In this document: one piece after another, positions 1 to 7,157 of the stretch
How the letters are laid out: every line of letters starts with the position of its first letter
Position numbering within the stretch: the first letter of the stretch is position 1
Source of the DNA: Pseudobdellovibrionaceae bacterium
GTDB taxonomy: Bacteria > Bdellovibrionota > Bdellovibrionia > Bdellovibrionales > Bdellovibrionaceae
Direction of reading: 5' to 3'
Length of the DNA stretch: 13,007 nt
NCBI GenBank assembly: GCA_041288045.1
Contig: JBGGMM010000107.1
Coordinates: 1-13,007 of the forward strand
The notes under the pieces: generated by a model
The model's input: only the letters and a program-made list of their open reading frames with translations
Told to the model about the DNA's origin: nothing
The model's database searches: none
Made by a program: the position numbers and the translations under genes

Positions 1-1
1 G

Positions 2-241
2 ACAATTAGAGAACTCAAAATAAGAGATCAGCATCAATGTCAGTATCAAGATCCTGAAACTAAGAGGCAGTGTGAGGCTCAGTTTTATCTTCAAGCTGAG
101 CACATTGTTCCTTTTGCCAAAGGTGGAACCCATGAGCTTAACAATCTCGAGCTCTTATGTCCGGCTCATAACAGGCTTCGAGCTGTTCAGCAGTTTGGAA
201 TTAAGAAAATGAAAAACTATCTTCCAGAGCTTGGGCCGTGA
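2..241 (+). CDS. HNH endonuclease-family protein, C-terminal fragment (5' end outside window)
   Basis: Not in the ORF track. Frame 2 is open from the window edge to TGA at 239-241 and reads TIRELKIRDQHQCQYQDPETKRQCEAQFYLQAEHIVPFAKGGTHELNNLELLCPAHNRLRAVQQFGIKKMKNYLPELGP*. It has the HNH signature RD-x2-CQY...C...(D/E)HIVPxxxGG...NL.LLC.xHN. Confidence 0.9.
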   Translation, partial: TIRELKIRDQHQCQYQDPETKRQCEAQFYLQAEHIVPFAKGGTHELNNLELLCPAHNRLRAVQQFGIKKMKNYLPELGP

Positions 242-336
242 GCTTGTCCTGATTCGGAAATTTTTGGGGATTCTTGACTTGAGAGGATTTTAAGGCTTGC
301 GCTTATCATTCTCGGGATTTTCAAAGAACTGATCGA

Positions 337-1773
337 TCAAGCCACTTTCAAAGTCTCGGGCTTGTCCTTGATCCGCTTTGAAATTTGGCCTGCGAGCTTT
401 TCGACCATTTGCAGACAGGTTTTGGCTTCGGCGGTTTTTTCGCCGATTCCGAGCAGCATTCCGATAACGTGATCATCGATGACGATGGGGACGATGGTGA
501 GGTGAGTAGGGATCTGAGCCCCGTTCCATTCGGAAAAGAATTTGGTGACGAGGTCATTTTGAATGACGTAGCCGTGATAGGGCTTCTGGGTCCGCAGAGC
601 GATTCGGAAAGGGCTGGCGTGATGAAGGGGGTAACCATGAGTCAATGTCGAGTCATGGACAAAGTTGGCATCCCATTTCCAAGGTTTGATCTGATCTCCA
701 GACTTGAGAAGAATCATGGATTTTTTGTACTCTTGTCCCATCTCCTTGAAAATTTCTTGGACCCAAGAATCCAGTTGGTCTGCAGGAGTGGAATTCAAAA
801 CCATTGTGGCTGTTCTTGTGATTTCGCTGGACACACTGGAGAGAAGAATTTCAGTCTTGGTCGGATGAGCTCGCTTTTCAATCTCAGGTGAGGTTTTTGC
901 CTTGGCTTGAGCTGGGCTTGCTGGTTTCGGAGCTGCCGGCTTTGGTGGAAATTTTTCGGCTTTTTGTGAAGCTTTGGTTTTTTCCAAATCATCCATGGTT
1001 AATTCCATGGACTCTGGAGCTTCCACAGGCTCTGGAATTTTCAAAGCGCTATTGCCAAGAGGCTGTAAAGTGATCGGCGCAGTGGCAGTGCTTAAATCCA
1101 GGAGATCTTCATGATTGGTTTCTTTGACTGATTCATCTGCTGATTCTTCAGTGGAATCAAAAGCCGATTCAGCTTCCAGTCCATCTTGCAGAAGATCAGT
1201 CACATTGGCGACAGGTTCCACAAGTGGCTCAAATGAATTCAGATCATCATTCGATAATTCCGCATGAGCAGAGTGAGCGGGCAGAGGTTCATTTCCAGCT
1301 TCTGTGAGGTGATCCAGTTCCGCCGAAAGCTCCATCAAGGAAGGTTCATCACTTCTGGTTTCTTCCATGGGTTCCGAATCCAGCGGAGAATCCAAAGAAA
1401 AATCAAGAGCCGGCTCATTTTCCGCAGGCTCAACTTCCAATTTGAAATTGGAAAGATCCATCGAAATGCTGTGAGTGTCTTTGGTTTTCATGGATGGAGG
1501 CAATGCCGGTTTTCGATCAGCGACAACAGTTCCCTGAAACTCGTACCAGATTTCTTGCAAAGCTTTGGGTTCGCAAAGCACAAACACAACTTTTTCTGCT
1601 GTCTTTGGAAAATCGGTCGGAGGTTGCAAGCAGCCAACAAACAAAACTCCCTGCCATTCATAGATGGGCATCACGCGATGGCTCCACGCGAACAGAGATC
1701 TCCATTTGGAAAAAAATCCCATATCCGGCTGGTGCTGCTGAAAAAAGCGGGAGGACAAAATTGGTAAACTCAT
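337..1773 (-). CDS. Hypothetical protein: T2SSE_N (GspE/PilB N-terminal)-like domain, long acidic/Pro-rich linker, C-terminal GAF-like domain
   Basis: 487-codon ORF (track start ATG 1800). ATG 1773 (MSLPIL...) is preferred because ATG 1800 lies only 1 nt past the putative -10 box. N-terminus LPILSSRFF...VMPIYEWQGVLFVGCLQPP resembles the T2SSE_N pattern. C-terminus SPFRIALRTQKPYHG...LTIVPIVIDDHVIGMLLGIG resembles the GAF terminal strands. Domain calls are by eye; CDS status is well supported by ORF length. Confidence 0.75.
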   Translation of the reverse strand: MSLPILSSRFFQQHQPDMGFFSKWRSLFAWSHRVMPIYEWQGVLFVGCLQPPTDFPKTAEKVVFVLCEPKALQEIWYEFQGTVVADRKPALPPSMKTKDTHSISMDLSNFKLEVEPAENEPALDFSLDSPLDSEPMEETRSDEPSLMELSAELDHLTEAGNEPLPAHSAHAELSNDDLNSFEPLVEPVANVTDLLQDGLEAESAFDSTEESADESVKETNHEDLLDLSTATAPITLQPLGNSALKIPEPVEAPESMELTMDDLEKTKASQKAEKFPPKPAAPKPASPAQAKAKTSPEIEKRAHPTKTEILLSSVSSEITRTATMVLNSTPADQLDSWVQEIFKEMGQEYKKSMILLKSGDQIKPWKWDANFVHDSTLTHGYPLHHASPFRIALRTQKPYHGYVIQNDLVTKFFSEWNGAQIPTHLTIVPIVIDDHVIGMLLGIGEKTAEAKTCLQMVEKLAGQISKRIKDKPETLKVA

Positions 1774-1801
1774 GCCTTTGGCTTTCAACCTCGTGTCCAT
1801 C

Positions 1802-1828
1802 TATTCGGCGAAACCCTTGAAAGCCTTA
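1802..1828 (-). promoter_or_regulatory. Putative sigma28 (FliA)-type promoter for the 337-1773 gene
   Basis: Minus strand reads TAAG (1828-1825), exactly 15 nt, GCCGAATA (1809-1802), against the sigma28 consensus TAAA-N15-GCCGATAA. Confidence 0.65.
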
Positions 1829-1845
1829 ATGTTTTCTCATATTGA
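1817..1845 (+). promoter_or_regulatory. Possible sigma70-type promoter for the desulfurase-to-transporter operon
   Basis: TTGAAA (1817-1822), 17 nt, TATTGA (1840-1845). The -10 match is weak. An alternative candidate is TTGTGG (1912-1917), 17 nt, TATGAG (1935-1940) with an extended TG. Confidence 0.3.
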
Positions 1846-1849
1846 AGCG

Positions 1850-1963
1850 AGTTCAAAAAAGGTCCTGTTTTTGAGCTTCGACAAGCACTCGGTGAGTCGG
1901 GTCGGCAAAGCTTGTGGGTGGTGGCTAATTGTGCTATGAGCCAAGGCTCAAGAAAAAGGACCT
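1850..1963 (+). promoter_or_regulatory. Structured 5' leader / inverted-repeat region upstream of the desulfurase gene
   Basis: AGGTCCTGTTTTTGAGCTT (1860-1878) is complementary to AGGCTCAAGAAAAAGGACCT (1944-1963) with one mismatch, one bulge and one G:U. The right arm contains the AAGGA RBS. Internal stems: ACAAGC/GCTTGT (1881-1886/1910-1915), ACTC-GGT-GAGT (1887-1897), TGGCT/AGCCA (1922-1926/1939-1943). Confidence 0.45.
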
Positions 1964-1969
1964 AAGTCT

Positions 1970-3169
1970 GTGAAAATCGAGAATAAATTCGCAAAAATCT
2001 ATTTGGATTTTAATGCCACCACTCCACTGGATTCAGGTCTGGCATTGAAGCTCCCCGAATTTTTGCAATTCTGGGGAAATCCAAGCTCGATCCATTGGGC
2101 GGGACAAGGTCCAAAAAAAGTCCTGCGCGAATCCAGAAAGGCGATCGCCGAAGCTTTGCAGGTCTCGCCGCTGGAATTGATTTTCACGAGTGGCGGCAGT
2201 GAAGCCAACAACACGGTCTTTCAAAGTGTTTTTGAAGCTTCTCGAAATTCACAGCGAAATGAATTTATCACCACCGCCATTGAGCATCCTAGTGTGCTGA
2301 AATGTCTTTCTCATCTTCAGCAGTTGGGAGCTGTTGTTCACGTGATTTCTGTGGATCGATCGGGACAACTGGATTGGTCGCATTTTGAAAAAGTCTTAAG
2401 TCCCAAGACTGCACTTGTCAGTATGATGCTGGCAAACAATGAGACTGGCTTGGTGCTCCCGATTCGAGAAATCGCTGATCGAGCTCATTCGTTGGGTGCA
2501 AAAATGCACACGGATGCTGTGCAAGCTCTTGGAAAAATCCCAGTGAATCTTTCAGATCTTGATGTGGATTTCGCCAGCTTTTCTGCCCATAAATTTTATT
2601 CTCTCAAGGGCTGTGGGGTCCTGTTTTCGAAAAAGGGGAATGAACTTCGACCTTTGATATTTGGCGGGGGACAAGAGCGCCATCGTCGTGGAGGAACAGA
2701 AAACACATTGGGGATTTGGGCTTTTGGCTACATGGCTTCCAAGGCTTCTGAAATTCAAAAGCAGGCTGAAAGAATCAGTGCTCTTCGTGATCGTCTTGAA
2801 ACTGAAATTCAAAACCACATCCCACAAGTGACAATCACTCACGCTCATGCTCCCAGATTGCCGAATACGTCCTCTTTGGTTCTCGCCGGGGTCGATGGCG
2901 AAACGCTTTTGATGTCTTTGGATGTGAAGGGCTTTGCAGTTAGCACTGGAGCCGCTTGCAGTTCTGGTTCGCCAGAACCTTCGCCTGTGCTTTTGTCCTT
3001 GGGGCTTTCGCGTGAAGAAGCGCAGAGCTCTCTGCGAGTGTCCTTGGGCTGGAGCACGACTTTTGAACAAATTGAAAATTTCATTCTCACTCTGAAATCA
3101 GTGGTGGAAAGACTGCGCGCTTTGCAAATTCAAAATTCGACTGGGTCTCGCTTGGAGGCTTCTCGATGA
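1970..3169 (+). CDS. iscS: Cysteine desulfurase, group I (IscS/NifS/YrvO-like, PLP-dependent)
   Basis: Motifs YLDFNATTP, GNPSSIH, FTSGGSEANN, IEHPSV, MLANNETG, HTDAVQ, SAHKFY (PLP lysine), RGGTEN and STGAACSSGS (catalytic Cys). GTG start with AAGGA at 1956-1960. Confidence 0.95.
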   Translation: MKIENKFAKIYLDFNATTPLDSGLALKLPEFLQFWGNPSSIHWAGQGPKKVLRESRKAIAEALQVSPLELIFTSGGSEANNTVFQSVFEASRNSQRNEFITTAIEHPSVLKCLSHLQQLGAVVHVISVDRSGQLDWSHFEKVLSPKTALVSMMLANNETGLVLPIREIADRAHSLGAKMHTDAVQALGKIPVNLSDLDVDFASFSAHKFYSLKGCGVLFSKKGNELRPLIFGGGQERHRRGGTENTLGIWAFGYMASKASEIQKQAERISALRDRLETEIQNHIPQVTITHAHAPRLPNTSSLVLAGVDGETLLMSLDVKGFAVSTGAACSSGSPEPSPVLLSLGLSREEAQSSLRVSLGWSTTFEQIENFILTLKSVVERLRALQIQNSTGSRLEASR

Positions 3170-4254
3170 GCGAAAAAAAGCCTCGTGTTTTAGTTGCCAT
3201 GAGTGGCGGGGTTGACAGTTCCGTCGCTGCTGCCTTGCTCGTCGATCAGGGCTATGATGTGATCGGCGCCACCATGCAGGTTTGGGATTACTCCAGCTGC
3301 GACATCGAAGAGGGAAATGGCACTTGCTGCTCCAGTCTTGATGTGGATGATGCCCGCAGTGTGGCAGATCGTTTAGGGATCCCTTTTTATGTTCTCAACT
3401 GCGAAGCCAAATTCAAAACTGCCGTCATTGATCCTTTTTTAAAAGCTTACCTTGAAGGGCAAACTCCGCTCCCTTGCGTGAATTGCAACACTTACCTCAA
3501 ATTTGACCATTTGATTCGAAAAATGAAAGAGCTTGAGTGTGATTACTTGGCAACAGGACATTACGCTCAAATCGTTCCGAATGAAAAAGGGGAAGCGCGA
3601 ATTTTCACAAGCACCGATGATTGGAAAGACCAGACTTATTTTCTTTTCACGATCGAGCCTGAGATCGTCAAGCACCTGCTTTTCCCCGTAGGCCATTTGA
3701 AAAAACCCGAAGTGCGAAAGATCGAAAAGGAAAAAGAGCTGGTCGTTGCAAAGAAAAAAGACTCTCAAGGCATTTGCTTTGTCGGCAATAAGGGCTATGG
3801 AACTTTCATCGAAGAGCAAGTGGATTCGAAAATTCTTGCCCAAAGAGCCGGTGTGATTCGGCGTTACCCCAGTGGCGAGACCATGGCTGAACATGCAGGT
3901 ATTCATCATTTCACCTACGGTCAGAGCAAGGGACTTGGGATGAGTCATCACGAAAAGCTGTTTGTGATCAAAATTGATCCTGAAACCAATACAGTTTGGG
4001 TTGGTGATGAAAACTATCTTTACCGAAGCAATGTGGATGTGGTGGACGCGCATCTCATTGACCAGGTTGAAGATGGTGAAATTCTCGAAGTGAAAATCCG
4101 CTACGCCCATAAAGGCTCCAAAGCCCGAGTGAAAAAAACCGAAAAGGGATTTCATTTTGAATTTTTAGAGCCACAAAGAGCCGTCACTCCCGGGCAAGCG
4201 GCAGTCATGTACAGGGGCCGCCAGCTTCTGGGCGGCGGATGGATTACCCTATGA
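3166..4254 (+). CDS. mnmA: tRNA 2-thiouridine(34) synthase MnmA
   Basis: PP-loop VAMSGGVDSSV, TPLPCVNCN, ATGHYA, KDQTYFL, KKDSQGICF and C-terminal PQRAVTPGQAAV. ATGA overlap with the upstream stop. Confidence 0.97.
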   Translation: MSEKKPRVLVAMSGGVDSSVAAALLVDQGYDVIGATMQVWDYSSCDIEEGNGTCCSSLDVDDARSVADRLGIPFYVLNCEAKFKTAVIDPFLKAYLEGQTPLPCVNCNTYLKFDHLIRKMKELECDYLATGHYAQIVPNEKGEARIFTSTDDWKDQTYFLFTIEPEIVKHLLFPVGHLKKPEVRKIEKEKELVVAKKKDSQGICFVGNKGYGTFIEEQVDSKILAQRAGVIRRYPSGETMAEHAGIHHFTYGQSKGLGMSHHEKLFVIKIDPETNTVWVGDENYLYRSNVDVVDAHLIDQVEDGEILEVKIRYAHKGSKARVKKTEKGFHFEFLEPQRAVTPGQAAVMYRGRQLLGGGWITL

Positions 4255-5555
4255 ATTTTCAAGTCCATACATTTGGCTGCAAGGTCAATACTTACGACTC
4301 TGGCCTGATTCAGAAAAATCTCAGAGGGTCTTCGCTTCAACTGGACCCGCAAGTGAAAATCCATGTGCTGAACACCTGCGCGGTCACAGCCGAGGCCACC
4401 AAAGAGGCAGTTCGAAGCATCCGTCGCATCAAAGCCAAAGATCCATTGGCGACCGTCGTCGTCACCGGTTGTGCAGCTCAGGTCGACACGGACAGTTTCC
4501 GAAATCTTCCAGGTGCGGATTTGGTCGTGGCCAATTCTCACAAAGGATTGCTCCCACAAATTTTGGATCAGTACTTTAAAGGCGAGATCAAAGAAAAAGT
4601 TTTTAAATCCAATATCTTTCGCAAAGACGATCTGGAAATGGGTGGGGGCGAAGAGCTTTCACACACTCGTTCTTTTTTAAAAATTCAAGATGGCTGCAAC
4701 AGCTTTTGCACTTACTGTATCATTCCCTATGCCCGGGGTAAGAGCCGAAGCATCCCGATTTCAGAACTCGTCAAGCGCATTCAGGATTTGCAGGTCAAAG
4801 GTGTCAATGAAGTGGTTCTCACTGGAGTTCACATTGGCGATTACGACGATCAGGGAAAAGCTCTTGAGGATTTGCTCGAAGCACTTCTTTTAAAAACAAA
4901 AATGCCAAGATTTCGTCTTTCCTCTCTGGAGCCAGTGGAGCTCAGTGATCGATTGATTGAGCTTTACCAGGACGAAAGGCTTTGTCCGCATTTTCATATG
5001 AGCATTCAAAGCGCTGAGACTGAAACTCTCAAACAGATGAAAAGAAAATATTCCCAGGAAAATGTCAGAGAAGCGCTCGAAAAAATTCAACGAAAGCTTC
5101 CGGTGGCATTCGTCGGAATGGATGTGATCACTGGTTTTCCAACTGAAACTGAAGCTCAATTTGAAGAGACTTTTGCGACTTTAGCAGAGCTTCCCTGGAC
5201 TCGAATCCACGTTTTTCCCTACAGCGAAAGACCGGGAACCCGAGCCGCGTCCCTCGAAGTTTCGATCCCTTGGAATGACAGGCTCAAAAGAGCACAGAAA
5301 CTGCGCGAACTTTCATTGCATCGCTATCAAAGTGAGGCCCTTCGCCAAAAGGGAAGTTTGAAAAAGGTTCTTCTTTTGAAAAAAGAAACTCGTGGTGGGG
5401 CTCAAGGGCTTTCCAGAGATTATTGGAACATTCGAATGACCAACTTGGATGGGCAAATGCCGGATTCATCAGGTGAGCTCTTAGTGAAAGTCACTGGTTA
5501 CGAACACAATCCGCAGCACATGGAAGGTGTTCTTTTGGCTGAGGTGGTTTCATGA
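4251..5555 (+). CDS. mtaB: tRNA t6A37 methylthiotransferase MtaB (radical SAM)
   Basis: UPF0004 domain cysteines (TFGCKVNTYDS, NTCAVT, TGCAAQ), radical-SAM motif KIQDGCNSFCTYC, DVITGFPTET, HVFPYSERPGT. Start placed at ATG 4251 (ATGA overlap with the mnmA stop) rather than 4239. Confidence 0.92.
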   Translation: MNFQVHTFGCKVNTYDSGLIQKNLRGSSLQLDPQVKIHVLNTCAVTAEATKEAVRSIRRIKAKDPLATVVVTGCAAQVDTDSFRNLPGADLVVANSHKGLLPQILDQYFKGEIKEKVFKSNIFRKDDLEMGGGEELSHTRSFLKIQDGCNSFCTYCIIPYARGKSRSIPISELVKRIQDLQVKGVNEVVLTGVHIGDYDDQGKALEDLLEALLLKTKMPRFRLSSLEPVELSDRLIELYQDERLCPHFHMSIQSAETETLKQMKRKYSQENVREALEKIQRKLPVAFVGMDVITGFPTETEAQFEETFATLAELPWTRIHVFPYSERPGTRAASLEVSIPWNDRLKRAQKLRELSLHRYQSEALRQKGSLKKVLLLKKETRGGAQGLSRDYWNIRMTNLDGQMPDSSGELLVKVTGYEHNPQHMEGVLLAEVVS

Positions 5556-6259
5556 CTTTTTCATCTTACCAATTTCGGCAAGCGGAACTTTTTGAGCAGG
5601 CGCTGACTCACAAATCATTTGTCAATGAAAGCGGCCGACGGCACCTCAGTCACAACGAAAAATTAGAATTTTTAGGTGATGCAGTTTTGGATTTGATTCT
5701 TTCAGAACTTCTCATGGAAAAATTTCCCGGAGACGACGAAGGCAATCTTTCCAAAAAAAGAGCAAGCCTCGTCAATGAAACAGTGCTGGCGCAAATTGCT
5801 CAGGACCTGCAGCTGCAAGAAAGCATCCGGCTTGGAAAGGGCGAGATTCTTTCTCAGGGGCATAAAAAGCCCAGACTTCTGGCTTCTGTTTATGAAGCTT
5901 TGTTGGGGGCCGTCTTTTTAGATGGAGGCTATGATCCGGTGAAAGCCCTGACCCGTCAGCATTTTGATCAGCTCATTGCAGCCATGAATCCCAGTGAGGA
6001 TTTTCATCAGGACTATAAAACGAGATTGCAAGAGCTCGCCCAGGCGGATCTCCGTTCAGGTCCGAGCTATGACATTACAGGTGAAGAAGGGCCTTCTCAC
6101 AGCCCCCAGTTTCATGTGGCGCTTTCACTTCAGGGAAAAGTTGTGGCACAGGGAACTGGAAAAAGCAAAAAACACGCGGAACAAGAGGCTGCTAAAAATG
6201 CCATTGAAAACTGGTCCCAGTATTTTCTCGACGGGACTTTAAGGAAGAACCATGTATAG
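5552..6259 (+). CDS. rnc: Ribonuclease III
   Basis: ALTHKS, signature HNEKLEFLGDAVL, EALLGAVFLDGG and a C-terminal dsRBD (DYKTRLQE...GKSKKHAEQEAA). ATGA overlap with mtaB. Confidence 0.97.
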   Translation: MTFSSYQFRQAELFEQALTHKSFVNESGRRHLSHNEKLEFLGDAVLDLILSELLMEKFPGDDEGNLSKKRASLVNETVLAQIAQDLQLQESIRLGKGEILSQGHKKPRLLASVYEALLGAVFLDGGYDPVKALTRQHFDQLIAAMNPSEDFHQDYKTRLQELAQADLRSGPSYDITGEEGPSHSPQFHVALSLQGKVVAQGTGKSKKHAEQEAAKNAIENWSQYFLDGTLRKNHV

Positions 6260-7157
6260 ATCCGGTTTTGTCGGCCTGATTGGCCAACCCAATGCGGGTA
6301 AATCGACTTTGATGAATTTGTTGGTGAAAGAAAAAGTTTCGATTGTCACCGCCAAACCTCAGACCACTCGTCGGCGCATTCTAGGCATCGTCTCCTCTGA
6401 TGAGGGGCAGGTTGTATTTGTCGATGCGCCCGGAGTCTTGAAAGCGGCAAAGGGACTCAATGCCTTTTTGGCTCAGGAAGCTCAGGATGTGATAGAGCAA
6501 TCGGATCTTTTGATGGCTGTTCTTGCTTTGGACACAGAGAAAAAAGAGCAGGCCGAAGAGATTATTGAAATGGTCAGTCAATCGGGAAAACCTTGGTTTG
6601 CTGTGATCACCAAAGTGGATATGAGCGAATTTTTGCGAAGACGAGAAGCTCTGAAGGAACTTTGTACGAAACATAAGAGTTGTTTGGGAGTGGTTGAAGC
6701 TTCCAGCGAGTGGAAAGCAGAAGCCAAATCTTTAAGAGAAGAAATTTTAAGACTTTGCTTTTCCAAGCTTCCTGAGTCGCCAGAGCCTCTTTATGACATT
6801 GAGCTTTTCACTCCTCATTCTGTGAAAGATTTGGTGACAGAGATTGTGCGTGAGCAGTGTTTTGAGGTTCTCCATCATGAACTTCCTTATCAAGTGGCGA
6901 TTCGAGTTCGACAATTTGATGAATCGGATCCCAAACTGCCAAAAATTCATGCCGAAATCTTAGTGGCAAAAGAAAGCCACAAACCCATCGTGATTGGCAA
7001 AGGCGGAGCGACGATCAAAGAGATTGGCACTCTGGCACGAAAGAGCATTGAGAAAATGATGGGTCAAAAAGTATTTTTGGGACTTGAAGTGTCGATTCGT
7101 GAGAATTGGTTTGAGAATAAAACTTTAATGAAGGAGCTCGGCTATGTCGTGGAATGA
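6252..7157 (+). CDS. era: GTPase Era
   Basis: G1 GQPNAGKST, G2 PQTTR, G3 DAPG, G4 TKVD, then EIVRE...HELPY and the KH motif IVIGKGGATIKEIG. Directly follows rnc, the conserved arrangement. Confidence 0.96.
   Translation: MYRSGFVGLIGQPNAGKSTLMNLLVKEKVSIVTAKPQTTRRRILGIVSSDEGQVVFVDAPGVLKAAKGLNAFLAQEAQDVIEQSDLLMAVLALDTEKKEQAEEIIEMVSQSGKPWFAVITKVDMSEFLRRREALKELCTKHKSCLGVVEASSEWKAEAKSLREEILRLCFSKLPESPEPLYDIELFTPHSVKDLVTEIVREQCFEVLHHELPYQVAIRVRQFDESDPKLPKIHAEILVAKESHKPIVIGKGGATIKEIGTLARKSIEKMMGQKVFLGLEVSIRENWFENKTLMKELGYVVE

Noticed and set aside
227..246. GAGCTTG direct repeat around the HNH stop (227-233, 240-246) as a target-site duplication
   Set aside because: Only 7 nt long and 6 nt apart, and GAGCT is frequent throughout the window; likely chance.
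280..314. Weak hairpin between the HNH gene and the convergent gene as a terminator
   Set aside because: Needs several bulges and wobbles and has no clear U-tract; too weak to call.
1801..1840. Possible readthrough or N-terminal extension of the 337-1800 ORF (TAG directly before the ATG)
   Set aside because: Another in-frame stop occurs 12 codons further upstream, and the region is better explained as a promoter.
4239..4250. Track start for mtaB at 4239 (MDYP...)
   Set aside because: ATG 4251 gives the ATGA coupling seen at neighbouring junctions and the usual distance to the TFGC motif.
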